DNA of 64,000 nt from Candidatus Latescibacterota bacterium (GTDB lineage: Bacteria > Latescibacterota > UBA2968 > UBA8231), in assembly GCA_965223905.1 (NCBI GenBank), contig CBDCXV010000010.1, forward strand, positions 1,280,001 through 1,344,000, read 5' to 3'. Position 1 is the stretch's first letter, and every line of letters starts with the position of its first letter. Below are positions 22,101 through 31,396 of this stretch, one piece after another. A program made the position numbers and the translations under genes. Below the pieces are notes generated by a model. That model searched no databases. It saw nothing but the letters and a program-made list of their open reading frames with translations, and was not told the DNA's origin.

Positions 22101-25100
22101 GTCCCGGGCGCATCGTCGTCGTCGACCAGAGACACCGTCGCCGTCGCCGGCGTGCCGGCGCTCACCCCCTCCGGCAGCGGCGTGCCGAAACCCAGCGTCA
22201 CCTCTTCGTCGTCCCAGTCGTCGTCCTGATTCGCCGTGATCGTAAACGTTTGCCGCTCCGCGCCCGAAGAAAACGACAGCGCTCCGTCCGTCAGCCCCGC
22301 CACCGTGAAGTCGCCCGACGGGGGATTGACCGTGATCGGGATGCTCAGCGCCTCCGACGCCGACGGCGACGGCGACAGCCGCACCGTCACCGTCGCCGCC
22401 TCGCCCCCTTCACTCGCCTGATACGCGGCCGCCGCGAAAGACACCGTGCGCCCCGCCGCCGCGGGCGTGGCCGTGGCCTGGGCGGCAGGACCCCACTCCT
22501 GGGGGTTCCCCGCCCGCACCTCGAACGTGTGCGCCTCCCCGTTGGTCAGGCCCTCCACCTGCTGACGACGGGCCGAGCCGTCCCCGGGCACCCGCACCCA
22601 TTTCACCGCCTCCGGACGACGGTATTGATACCTGTCGATGGTGCCCCCGTTGTTGCAGCCCGCCTCCCAAGTCAGCGTCACCTGCCCATCCCCGGGCGCC
22701 GCCTTCAGGTTGGCGGGGGCGCACGGCGGACCCGGTCCCACCGCCCTCGACGCCGTCGCGCTTACTCTTTGCCCGCCGAAGTCGTCGGTATAAGTGACTT
22801 CAACCCACAACCACTGATTGAGATCGCTCACCTGGGGCCTATACTGACGCGTGCGGGCGATCACTCCTAGTTTCGATTCACCGGAGCGCGACCCAGGGGC
22901 CGGCGCCGACAGCGAATCGCCGTCATCGGACCGAGACCACCTCTGCCGGCGCCAGCGCCAGCGCGCCTCTGCCAGCGCCGGGTTGTCCGGGTCGATGAGC
23001 GTCGGCGTCAGCTCCTGACCCACCCGCGGCTGAGTCGTGCTCCACTCCACCCGGCCGCGCGTGTCCGGCCTCTCCGGCGTCGCCGGCACCACGAACGATT
23101 CCGGACCCGTCTTCGTCCCCCGGAGCGCCCGCACCTGAAATTCGTAGGACACCCCGTTGGTCAGACTCCCCACCTCAACCGCCGTCACCGTCGCCCCGGT
23201 GCCGGTCGTTTGCCAGCTATCCGCATCCCAGGTGCCGCCCTCCTGCTTGTACCGGTACGACCACCCCGTGATGCCGGTGAGTCCGGCCGGTACATCCCAA
23301 CTCAACCCGACCGCCCCGGCCCGGGCCTCGGACCGCAAGCCCAGCACCGAAACCTCATTGGATTCCGGACTCTTCTGCTCTTCCGGCCCGATCAGGTACG
23401 CCGTGAACCGATAGGTCTTCCGGTTGTCCAACCGGTTGTCCACCGCCGCCACCGGCGCCGAGAAGGTCAGGCTGCTCGATACCCGTCCCCGCGCTTCCGA
23501 CGATCTCTCACCTGGGGCGCCGAAGGGAATCCCCCCCGTAACGAGTTTCACGAGGTCGTCCCCGGTGAACTCCAGGCACGTCTCGTCCGAACTCGGTCCT
23601 GTACAGCGCTCCAGCACCACATCCTCGAACGGGACCGGGGACACCGGTCCCAGACCCCCGCACGGGACCAGGCTCAAAGACACCCCAAATTCCAACTCGC
23701 CCAACTCGGAAAGCACCCGCAGGGCGAGCGGCTCCCCCCACTCCACTGGCAGGGTCGCGGCGAAGGCCTCCGACTTGGCCTCGTCGCCGCTCATACTGTG
23801 CGCGTCCCGGTAGCGCACCGTCGCCCGAACGGTCCGCCCTACGTCCGGCAACGTGGGCAGGAAAGCCCGGGCAAGTTCACCCAAATCCTCCGGTGCCTGG
23901 AGCACCGGAGTGCCATCTACCAACTCGCCGCCTGCCAGACGGTCCAACGTCCACACCTCGTCAGTCACGGGCCCGTCCGGGTCCTCCAGCCTAACCGTCA
24001 TACAAACACCCATCTTCGGGCTGTCCGTACCAAAACTCACCGTGCCGTCCTCGTCCACGTCGGTCACCGTCACCGTCACCCCGTAATCAGCCGACACGTT
24101 ATCCAGGCTCCCCACCGCCCGCACCCGTACGCGGTAGACGTTGACAGGGTCGTCGGGGTCTCCGCCCTTCGGCTCCTCATAGTCGGGGGCCGAATCGAAA
24201 CTCAACCGGCCCTCCGGGTCGATCGATAAATCATCGTTGTCGTAGTCCTCGTTTTCGTCCTCCACCAGCGACCAGGTGACCGAATCACCGATAAGGGAAC
24301 TGGCCGTGTAGGTTTCCACCGGGTCCGTGCCGATCTCGGCAAACTCAACCGCGCTCTCCCCCGAGATCATGCCGCAGTCCGAAAACGTCGCGTTCGACAT
24401 CGTCAGGGTGCCGTCAGACTCCAGGCAGTTCGTCCCATGGCGGAAAGTGACGTTGCTGAGGTCGGCTGTGCCCCCGCTTTCGACCCGGATGCCGTGCCAG
24501 TCGTCGTTCGACGGCGTAGCGCTGGCCGAACCAAAGGCAACCTCCCCGCCGGCAACCCCGCTTACAACGAGGGTGCCGCCATCCGCCACGATGAGCTCCG
24601 AGCGGGACGCGTCACTGCCGCCGCCGGTACCGTCGCTGCCGGCCGCAAAGCGGACCTCGGTCCCCTCGGTGACGGTCAGCGTCACCTCCTCCGCCTCCGC
24701 CACACCGTCCACGATGACCTCGCGCACAATGACATCGCCGTCGACATGGATGGTGCCCGACCACTCGCTGTCCCCGACCAGCTCGCCCGACCACGGGGTG
24801 GGACCGGTGGAGACGTGGAAGTTGTCGAGAAACAGGGTGTTGTCGGCAGGAGAACTGTATTTGCCGCCGTAGTGGATGTCCGCCCAGGCTCGGTTGATCC
24901 CGATGGTATCGGCGGTCGTATATCGCAGCTCATAGTTGCACAGGGCATTCTCTTTCTTCCCGTTGATCCAGACTTCGATGAGGCCGTTGGATTCGATGAT
25001 CGGATCCGTATCGTTCATCTTGATGCGCTGCTCGATGCGATACCATTGGCCCATCTGATGGTGCGGCAGGAGGTCCCATTCTACTCCATCGCTGCCGGAG

Positions 25101-25801
25101 GGGAAATGATCTCCGGTCCCGCAACTGTGATCGGTGTTTCCGCACTTCTGGTCGAGGTGGTAGACGTAGGAGATCGGCGACCATTCATCGTTAGTATATT
25201 CCGGTCCCCTTCCCGCCAACATGCGGGCCGACCATCCCAGTGAGTCGGGTTCCTGGGGCCACATGCCCCCCGACCCTGATTTATGGGTGCCCGCCAGACC
25301 CGGGATCTTTACTACATGGGCTTTGGCGCCGGCGGGTCTGAAAACCCAGCTTGGATCCAATTTAATGTGATAGCGCAAGTACATCTCGTCATTATCCGGG
25401 ACAAACGAGTCGCGAATCGGTTGCCCCTTCTTCCAGGTGGTATCGACGGCAGCGTCCCCCCGGACGACCTGACCCCCGAGGTAATAGCTGATGCTTCGGC
25501 CATAGTGGGGGGATTCGGGATCCCCTTCCATATTTGGGATAAACACCTTCAAAGACCGGTTGGCAATGACTCCCGACGCGTAGGTTATATCGAGGGTTGC
25601 CCTTTCTGGAAGACCACCTTGGATATGATTGAACTTGACATGGGGCAGGGCTTGGTTCTCGGTGTTAATCATCTTGTCGTTGTGATCCGCCCAGGTGCGG
25701 AGGATGGCTCGGTCCTCGAAGTCCTGCGCGAAATAGGTCGTATCCTGTGCCGAAACATGGACGCTCAAACACAGCAGACTCAGGTATATCGCCTTTTTCA
25801 T
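16175..25801 (-). CDS. Giant secreted protein (3208 aa): polysaccharide-lyase-like N-terminus, cadherin/FN3/Calx-beta-like repeats, C-terminal FlgD-Ig sorting-type domain
   Basis: Signal peptide; KIPGLAG, GWSARM, YVYH, WYRIEQRIKMN, NGLIEVWING; many PDYE cadherin motifs; FN3 (GLTNG..Y); C-terminal APNPFNPSTTI...GVYFYRL...KMTLLR. Confidence 0.88.
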   Translation of the reverse strand: MKKAIYLSLLCLSVHVSAQDTTYFAQDFEDRAILRTWADHNDKMINTENQALPHVKFNHIQGGLPERATLDITYASGVIANRSLKVFIPNMEGDPESPHYGRSISYYLGGQVVRGDAAVDTTWKKGQPIRDSFVPDNDEMYLRYHIKLDPSWVFRPAGAKAHVVKIPGLAGTHKSGSGGMWPQEPDSLGWSARMLAGRGPEYTNDEWSPISYVYHLDQKCGNTDHSCGTGDHFPSGSDGVEWDLLPHHQMGQWYRIEQRIKMNDTDPIIESNGLIEVWINGKKENALCNYELRYTTADTIGINRAWADIHYGGKYSSPADNTLFLDNFHVSTGPTPWSGELVGDSEWSGTIHVDGDVIVREVIVDGVAEAEEVTLTVTEGTEVRFAAGSDGTGGGSDASRSELIVADGGTLVVSGVAGGEVAFGSASATPSNDDWHGIRVESGGTADLSNVTFRHGTNCLESDGTLTMSNATFSDCGMISGESAVEFAEIGTDPVETYTASSLIGDSVTWSLVEDENEDYDNDDLSIDPEGRLSFDSAPDYEEPKGGDPDDPVNVYRVRVRAVGSLDNVSADYGVTVTVTDVDEDGTVSFGTDSPKMGVCMTVRLEDPDGPVTDEVWTLDRLAGGELVDGTPVLQAPEDLGELARAFLPTLPDVGRTVRATVRYRDAHSMSGDEAKSEAFAATLPVEWGEPLALRVLSELGELEFGVSLSLVPCGGLGPVSPVPFEDVVLERCTGPSSDETCLEFTGDDLVKLVTGGIPFGAPGERSSEARGRVSSSLTFSAPVAAVDNRLDNRKTYRFTAYLIGPEEQKSPESNEVSVLGLRSEARAGAVGLSWDVPAGLTGITGWSYRYKQEGGTWDADSWQTTGTGATVTAVEVGSLTNGVSYEFQVRALRGTKTGPESFVVPATPERPDTRGRVEWSTTQPRVGQELTPTLIDPDNPALAEARWRWRRQRWSRSDDGDSLSAPAPGSRSGESKLGVIARTRQYRPQVSDLNQWLWVEVTYTDDFGGQRVSATASRAVGPGPPCAPANLKAAPGDGQVTLTWEAGCNNGGTIDRYQYRRPEAVKWVRVPGDGSARRQQVEGLTNGEAHTFEVRAGNPQEWGPAAQATATPAAAGRTVSFAAAAYQASEGGEAATVTVRLSPSPSASEALSIPITVNPPSGDFTVAGLTDGALSFSSGAERQTFTITANQDDDWDDEEVTLGFGTPLPEGVSAGTPATATVSLVDDDDAPGTVSIDPATAQVGTELSATLSDADEVAAVTGWQWHRRASDQAAWTAISGATAAAYTPVSADAGQYLQATVSYTDGHGPDKGAASAAIGPVAESPEPPDLTVSFDRESYSATEGGTASVTVSVSPETDRALKIPISVTPDSETEEDDYTVTWPGVADTLWFESGATAQSFAIQANADPDSDDETVSLGFGTPLPAGVSAGTPSRATLTLAERPTGALVIVGTQDTTFAERREGVVAPYRALSADGQAVAPVSWSLGGADADTLTIDDAGRLRFEEPPDYENPADANRDTVYEVTVEANADGQPAADAALPVSVRVTNVDDPGEVTLISSSPRVGTPLTAVLTDQDRGIRVDGWHWQHRDRDTDAWEPPLPAGRYPGLTSYTPQPGDAGKRLRATVGYADALGPDKRAQSDSTARVIHAQVFFGAESYQAAEGGAAATVTVRMEPAADRQLGIPIEATGEAGTESDDYSLGGLGSGNTLTFSNGDAARTFTITAKPDGDGDDGRVRLGFGSLPWQVTAGSPAGAAVTLVEPATNSPPDPPDGPTAVLFAEDREDSVATYRLTDPNPDDVLRLQKEGPDAAHFRISGDTLYFADRPDFPDFEGTADADRNDVYEVSLRTSDGSLLSNPLTVQVTVTNVDEGPGRIEFLTGTPQVDVRVRGTLTDPDGNVDVRSQQWQRLGSSGWEPTTTDEETRTPPSTYPGYVYYTPTEDDVGYRLRVTASYLDGESADEEDRKSAQSGETHPVVATAPPPPVRRLEILGAADTTFAEGATGLVEDYGACWTDDGSLATGVTWTLSGADAKSDTLVLSDQGVLSFLVEPDYEHPKDADGDTVWSVIVEAEDAGPPAADTTLGVSVRITNEDDPGVVSLAPPTSPQVGHQLRAQLRDPDGGVTGAVWQWQTRQPGPGGRALQRVASDTTYRPVSGDAGLLLSARVYYADAHGSGKVAAREYAELVAPRRLTVTFGRSSYEAVEGGESVAVTVSLSAAAERLVKIPITRAPESGDYTATWPGVEDTLSFSGSTTSQSFTVTATQDADRVDESVALGFGDLPERVSTGTHATATVRLVDDDGDSPGTVRLSTSSPEVGRRMTATLVDVDGSVADTSWQWQRRADASSGWVPIERSARYPIAATSRYTPMTSDVGKQLRATVGYTDAHGPNKSAQSAVTSSVRPADTPGTVRLSTSSPEVGRRMTATLVDVDGSVADTSWQWQRRADASSGWVPIERSARYPIAATSRYTPVTSDVGKQLRATVGYTDAHGPGKSAQSDATAAVKAPNRPPVIDDTGTQSVPENTRSVATFTATDPEGQAITWSVIGNVFQISSSGEVSFQNAPSYESGTTSYSLTVRATDPKGASDTETVTVNVTDVDEPPGPPSNVRVSAAGRTSVEVEWDAPNTSGRPPVTDYDVQYRASGNWRTHSFSGTGTSTTISSLTPNTAYEVQVNAANDEGTSGWAAGSGRTDCGAPTISGPTSQSIPENTTAVASYSLSDPDGGGGRWLPLGGADASAFNFSGGTLSFRSAPDYETDSRQYQVTIRARGGCSSSSSASRAVTVSVRNVGPPGKPTVTVTVPATNGHEELDVGWSTSASDAPVTGWKLQYCQTNACSSTTTLPFDAGTTSTTLENLRSGTRYSVRVKATSDEGDSPWSAIRRTYTRANTAPVISGTARQNVNENTTAVGTYTATDAEGDGITWDIYSTDSDEFSFTSSGSSLTLRFESAPDYEDPTDANTNNIYVVRIRATDDANPPANSNKLINATVQDIGPPSKMTVPTVRVPSSGTGKLEVSWSHPTSGAPVTGYTMQYCYPAFRSEEDPPEEEKDDSDAPRQAVCSETTLGRVTSKTLTGLPAYTLYTVRLKATSKEGTGPWSNSGSAITRSAAAKALAEQLALTGLDGLAALAAPNPFNPSTTIYFQVPEAGEVSLVVYSLAGQVVRKLIPGRTLKAGIHDVFWEGRDEQGRPVAAGVYFYRLRAGDRALVRKMTLLR
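18320..18895. repeat. Near-exact intragenic tandem duplication, 306-bp period (102 aa)
   Basis: ctctgcgcgctctt at 18321 and 18627; the PGTVRLSTSSPEVG...KSAQS module is repeated almost base for base. Confidence 0.93.
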
Positions 25802-25834
25802 TTGCTTTATTCTTTCTGTCTTCTTGGAAGTTGG

Positions 25835-26821
25835 TTACCGATAGTCGTTCTTGATCCGCCCCCAGCTGGAGGGATCAATGCTCGTCGCCCGGGAAAAAAG
25901 CGCATACCGCCACTTGGGATAATGGGCATCCCTCTCCCGCAACCCGGTGCCGTCCGTATTCACTTCGAAAATGCGGCGGACATACACCCGGTTCATTCCA
26001 CTGATGGTATAGTTCTCCAGTTCTATCTTTGTAAAGGCGATCCGACTGCCGTCCGGAGACCAGGAGATGTCTCGAACCGCGTAGTCGTCGCTGAAGGCGT
26101 CCTCCCCCAACAGCTTCTGCTTCAGGCTGCCGTCGACGGTGGAGACGAAAAGCCCCGGAACCCTTTCAGAGCCGTAGGCTTCGGAGCCGTAGGCGATTTT
26201 CTGGCCGTCCGGCGACCACGCACCGTAGTCGGTGTGAGGTGATATCTCTACGCTGGTGCCGGTTTCGAGGTCCAGGACCAGCAGAGTATAGCATGCGTCG
26301 AAGCAGTCGTTGTACAGCAGTTTGCGCCCGTCGGGCGAGAAGGGCGTGGGCCATGCCCTGCCGGGCAGGGGCAGACCCGCCCCTTTCCTGATCTCCTGAA
26401 ATTTGGTGCCGTCGATTTCTATCGAGTACAGATCGACTAGAAAAACATTAACCATGTCGAAGAAGATCGTTCTCCCATCGGGATGCCACTGGGGAATTCC
26501 AGGGTCCCGATTGAGAAGATAGGCCTCTTCATTATCCAGCAGGATCTTCTCGGCCATGGTTTCGATCTCGAGTCGATACAGACTGCTTTCCCTGACAAAA
26601 GCGACATGTTTCTGATCGGGAGAAAGACTCGGATAGGAACCTTCGACAAGCTCCCGTTCGCCGCTCCCGTCGAGGTTGCTCAGGTAGATCATAAATCGTT
26701 TTTCCGGTCTGATGATCTTTTCATAGACCTTGATTTCCTGGTCCTGCTCGGCTTCCTGGGCTTCGGCCGGCAATCCTCCCAGGCACAAAACAGATGCGAG
26801 TAGTACTACGAGCGCTTTCAT
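25835..26821 (-). CDS. Secreted TolB-like (PD40/WD40) beta-propeller protein with C-terminal WGRIK tail
   Basis: Signal peptide; SPD, WHPDG, FSPDG, WSPDG repeats; ends ATSIDPSSWGRIKNDYR. Confidence 0.85.
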   Translation of the reverse strand: MKALVVLLASVLCLGGLPAEAQEAEQDQEIKVYEKIIRPEKRFMIYLSNLDGSGERELVEGSYPSLSPDQKHVAFVRESSLYRLEIETMAEKILLDNEEAYLLNRDPGIPQWHPDGRTIFFDMVNVFLVDLYSIEIDGTKFQEIRKGAGLPLPGRAWPTPFSPDGRKLLYNDCFDACYTLLVLDLETGTSVEISPHTDYGAWSPDGQKIAYGSEAYGSERVPGLFVSTVDGSLKQKLLGEDAFSDDYAVRDISWSPDGSRIAFTKIELENYTISGMNRVYVRRIFEVNTDGTGLRERDAHYPKWRYALFSRATSIDPSSWGRIKNDYR

Positions 26822-26824
26822 GCG

Positions 26825-27550
26825 TTACCTCCGTGAAGGGTGTGGTGTCGATACTGGTTGCTCGTCGCCAAAGTTGTCCAACAAGGCGGCGTCAAATCCC
26901 CGAATTGCCGAGTGCGCTTCTCGTTTGATCTGCCCCCAGCTGGACCGATCGACGGTCGTCGCCTGGGAGTGTAGCGAATACCGCCACTTGGGGTAGTGGG
27001 TATCCCTTTCCCGCAACCCGGACCCATCCGTATTCACTTCGAAAATACGGCGGACGTACTCCCGGAAGGGTCCATCGAGGGTATAGTTCTCTAGTTCGAT
27101 CTTGGTGAAGGCGATGCGACTGCCGTCAGGAGACCAAGAGATTTCCCCGACGGCGTAGTCGTCGCTGAAGGCGTCGTCACCCAACAGTTTCTGTTTCAGA
27201 CTGCCGTCGACGGTGGAGACAAACAGCCCCGGATCCCATTCGGAGCGGTAGGCGATTTTCTGGCCGTCAGGGGACCACGCCCCGGAGGCGGTGTGAGGCG
27301 AGATCTCCACGCTGGTACCGGTGTCGAGGTCCAAGACCAGCAGAGTGAAGCATTCGTCGAAGCAGTCGGTAAACAAAAGTTTGCGGCCGTCTGGCGAGAA
27401 GGGGGTGGGCCATGCCCTGCCGGGCAGGGGCAGACCCGCACCTTTCCTGATCTCCTGAAACTTGGTGCCGTCGATCTCTATCGAGTACAGATCGACTAGA
27501 AAAACATTGGCCATGTCGAAGAAGATCGTTCTACCATCGGGATGATAGTG
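26825..27550 (-). pseudogene. N-terminally truncated paralog of the TolB-like protein
   Basis: Highly similar to 25835-26490 from HPDGRTIFFD to SSWGQIK; lacks the signal peptide and first blades. Confidence 0.85.
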
Positions 27551-27636
27551 CGGATTGGAGGCCCGCCCATGGTGCTTTCCTCTCCTCAATCGTTCAGCAG
27601 TGATGGGGGAAGAGTCTTGCATATCAAGACTCGGTC

Positions 27637-27885
27637 TGCAAATCCTGTGCCAATCTGTTAGAAAGCGGACTAACTTATTGCAAATGCAAGAGTTATATCG
27701 TATGTGAGTCTCCTTGCAAGATTTGGGGAAGCGTTGCAGAATGCGACACGTACATCGCTCCGAAGACCGAATGCCCTGTGGCAGAAGAAACTGCAACTGT
27801 TTGTTTATCAATAAGTTATAGAAAAGAATAAGAAGCAGGACGGGGAATGTGTTGCAATTTGGAACGCGAGTCGCATTTTGCGACA
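27637..27885 (-). promoter_or_regulatory. Sigma54 promoter with IHF site and bEBP upstream sites, copy 1
   Basis: TTGGCACAGGATTTGCA (reverse complement of 27637-27653); TATCAATAAGTTA at 27806-27818 fits WATCAANNNNTTR; palindrome gtcgcattttgcgac at about 27870-27884. Confidence 0.85.
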
Positions 27886-27889
27886 CACC

Positions 27890-28515
27890 TCACACATAGC
27901 AGATCACCAGCTCGATCCCCTGGATGCACTGGGAGTCCCGACCCTCGTACCGGGGTTTGCTGCTCAGGGAGGGTACTATATTCCAGTCGACCTCGGCATA
28001 AATAGCCTTGGTGTTTGGCAGCTCGATCCAGCGGGGATAACCTCCCGAATCAACAGGATTGATCATGCGCACGTTCAGCACGAACGCCCCGTTGGATACC
28101 GAGTCGTAATACGCCCGCCCACTGCCGAACACCTCGGGCAGCCTATGGTTGTTTGCCACCGTGACACTATTCCCTACAAATGAAGTGCTTGCGTCGAAGT
28201 TCCGCTTTCGTCGTACCCCCCTACGAACAACCTTTCGAAGTCGCTCAGCAGGTAACTGGAACTCGACGGCTCTCTGGTGGCGTTGTACCCGTGGGGGAGG
28301 TCGTGGTTGTGGTAGTCACATGCCTGAGGAGTGTTATTTCTACCCCCAACGCAGGACAAAGGGGTCATGGGGTTGGCCGTGGTCTCATCTTGAAAAGTGA
28401 CCAGGACCACGTCCAGAGTCATTGATCGATCCCAGGTGTCTGGGGACCCAGTGGCCAGGACCGAGTGCGCCCCGAGGAACGGCAGGAGGGCGATCCATAA
28501 GAAATGGCGACTCAT
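27890..28515 (-). pseudogene. Secreted protein N-terminus resembling M6 (immune inhibitor A) metalloprotease; frameshifted and truncated
   Basis: Signal peptide, DVVLVTFQD, FGSGRAYYDSVSNG, PRWIELP; split over two frames. Confidence 0.55.
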
Positions 28516-29325
28516 GGGCTGGTCCTCCCGTCATGGGCTAAAAACGTATTCTTGATTCTGCCCCAGGAAGAGGACGACGAAGAGGTGGGGATCAACGCAT
28601 CGGAAAGTTCTACCCGGTTGCCGCCGATTACCCCCCCGAAGGGGAGTCGCATCGTTTTCGAATAGCACGGCAACATCGGATCCGCTAATCCCCCAACCGC
28701 ATCCGTTGGAACCATACCCCCAAACAAAGCCGCATCCACGCCCCCCTTCATCGTTGCCCCAGAACGTGAACGAATACCATGGCACCGGTTCCCATCCCGC
28801 CCACACCTTGACTTGATTGTCCCCCTCTACCGTCGGGATCGCGTATTCCGTCTCGTACACGTTCCCCATCCCTTTAAAGCGCGGATCTGTCGATGCCCCG
28901 TACTCCGAGGCAGTGCCGTCAAAGCGAAAGATCGCATACTCTCCGTCCGGAGTGCGCTCCATCAGACGGGTGCCCTCCCAGCGCAGCTTCTTCCCGGCGA
29001 TGAAATGCGGCGGCGCCGGCGGCCAGTGGTCCGGCATGTCGCTGATCACGAAGTAGGTCTTGCTGTCAATCACCTCCGTGCGCTCCACCGTGATCGTGAA
29101 TTGGGGTCTCTTAGGGAACTGCGCCGTGTACGTAGGCCAATGGCTCTTATCCTCATCGTAGGGCGTAAGCCCTACGACAGAATGTCCGTAGGTCCACGAG
29201 TTGCCCACGGCCAGCGGCAGGTAGTTCGAGGCCGCGTAGTCGGTGGCTGCGGCCGGCAGCGCCCAGCTTGCTACGAGCAGAGCGGCCAAGGTCAGGCTAA
29301 TGCCCATCATTTTCTTCTTTCCCAT
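28512..29325 (-). CDS. Secreted YLPLAVGNxWTY-motif protein with WGRIK tail; frameshift in a G7 run
   Basis: Signal peptide; removing one G at 28631-28637 joins the frame ending SSSSWGRIKNTF; stop overlaps the next ATG. Confidence 0.7.
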
Positions 29326-29397
29326 GATGCTTTCCTCCGTCCTTTTAATTTTTGATTACTGTCCTTAAAGGAGATAACTGTCCGCTCTTGGTGTGAT

Positions 29398-29900
29398 TCA
29401 TGCGTACCCGTCATCAGGCCGCCTTGTTCGATTATTTATGGTAATCCGGGCGTATTCGGCCTTGGTGCCCGGCAGCTCGATCCAGCGGGGATAACCTCCC
29501 GAATCAACAGGATTGATCATGCGCACGTTCAGCACGAACCTGCCGTTAGATACCGAGTCAAAGTACGCCCGCACTGTCCGGCCCATGCGGATAGTTCCAC
29601 CAATAGGTCCAACGGTCACCCACCTCGAGCCCGTTGGGGAGGGGAAAGGGACAACATAGGGACGCCGCCGGTTTGGCAGCGCCAGCCAAAATCAGGACTA
29701 GCAACAGAATAAGGTTTTGCATTCTAGAAGATCCTCTCTTTCGAGTAGTAGACAGTTGCTTTATTCGCCGGAGAACGCCCGCTGATCGACCGCGTCGTTC
29801 ACCGCAGTATTGCCGGCATGTCTAGGGGTAGTATCCCCAAAGTGACCAAGACTACGTCCCAGGGTGCATTACTTGCCCAGATGGGTTGCAGGCGCCCTGG
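29398..29900 (-). pseudogene. Second decayed copy of the M6-like N-terminus
   Basis: 29471-29539 is identical to 28017-28085; degenerate DVVLVT motif near 29850. Confidence 0.6.
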
Positions 29901-30074
29901 TTAAGCCGGCCATGAAACCCGGATGTGCCGGCCGGAACCCCCCGGCCGACCGTCCCTGAATAATCTGGGATACCTTTCGCCCAAGAAGATAGCAACCAGC
30001 CGGGAGCCAGTCTGTGGGCGAATGTCTGATATTGGCCTTCCGAAATGCTGCTTTTTGTCTTTCGAAATGATCAG

Positions 30075-30207
30075 GGGCCATTTCGACGGCGGTGCGGCCG
30101 TCCCCGGCCACGCCGACGACTTTTATATCGTCTTCACGACCGAGCAATACCCGCAACCCTTCCTGCATGACCGAATGATCGGCTACCAGTAAAACGCGCG
30201 CTGTCAT
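30075..30207 (-). pseudogene. NarL/LuxR-type response regulator receiver fragment
   Basis: MTARVLLVADHSVMQEGLRVLL..EDDIKVVGVAGDGRTAV, then homology ends. Confidence 0.7.
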
Positions 30208-30254
30208 GAAAAAATCACTTTTCGATTCCTGAATTGGCCAAGTTGTATTTAAAG

Positions 30255-30709
30255 TCATACACTGGAACATCCTGCCCGTCCCATCGAAAAACCAGAAACC
30301 CTTCGTCCCAATTCGGGCAAGGGTGGCCACGCATAATCCGCGTCACTGAAGACATAGTACTCGAAGCCATCGATCCTCTCAGTATGAGTGATTTCAATGG
30401 TCAACCTCCTTTCTACATGGGTCAGGGATTCCGGCGGAACGGGATTGTCCCGTCCATGCGGATAACCCGGTATCTCGAAGGCCTTCAGGTATTCCGACTC
30501 GGTACCGGGATACGAGTCATTCGCATAGTGATGCTCGTACGTCCAGCGATTACCCACCGCCAATGGGACGTAGTCGTGCGGATCCATTTCTAACCGGAGA
30601 GAATCGGGCTCATGGATTTCATGGACGGCCACAGCGGCTGAATAGCCAACCAAAAAACGAGCATGAACATTGGCAATCTCATCCCACGACATTTCATCGA
30701 ATAGCCTCC
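30255..30709 (-). pseudogene. Truncated paralog of the PLAVGNxWTY secreted protein
   Basis: DYVPLAVGNRWTY, TIEITHTERIDG..YYVFSD...WPP; N-terminus frameshifted. Confidence 0.7.
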
Positions 30710-31147
30710 TATGGGTACCGGGGCAAGCATCTGAATTTCACGTCCCAAGTTATGGACTACTCTACTGATATCATCGCACACAAGATGACCCTCTGGTTGC
30801 CAAAACAAGCGTCCAGACACCGCCACCGCTTACGTGATTCGGGCCCTTTTGCATGAGCGCGGGGAAGTGCACGAGCACAGGACGCCTTCGCCGCTGCCAA
30901 AACCCACTCCATCATTCGCTACACACCGCGCCCTAAGTTTAATTGCGCCTAACTGCGAAGGGTTTCGCTTGGCCCGTACAAGAAACCCCGCCAATATGCC
31001 CTTGTCAATACCAATACCTAAATTTGTTTGGGAGCAAAAATATCCCCCCTTGCCCCCTTTATCTCTGCTATTGGGCGCCTACCTCTCCTATCCGTAGATC
31101 ACCGGGTTCGGGCGCGCTGTACCCTCCCTGCTTGTTAAGATCCGGTT

Positions 31148-31396
31148 TGCAAATTCTGTGCCAATTTTTTTGAAAACAGACTAACATACGGTATATGCGG
31201 GAGTTATATCGTATGTGGGTTTCCTGGCAAAATTTCGGGAAGTGTTTCAAAATGCGACACGCCCATCGCGCCCGACGACCGAATGCCCTGTTGCGGGGAG
31301 ACTTCAACTGTAAGTTTTTGAACAAGTTACAGGAAATATTCGGAGACGGGACGGGGAATGTGTCGCATTTTGGAACACGAGTCGCATTTTGCGACA
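31148..31396 (-). promoter_or_regulatory. Sigma54 promoter with upstream bEBP sites, copy 2
   Basis: TTGGCACAGAATTTGCA (reverse complement of 31148-31164); tgtcgcattttggaaca at 31361-31377 and gtcgcattttgcgac at 31381-31395; colinear with copy 1. Confidence 0.85.

Noticed and set aside
25835-29539. Diversity-generating retroelement TR/VR pairs
   Set aside because: Paralog differences are not adenine-specific and no reverse transcriptase is present.
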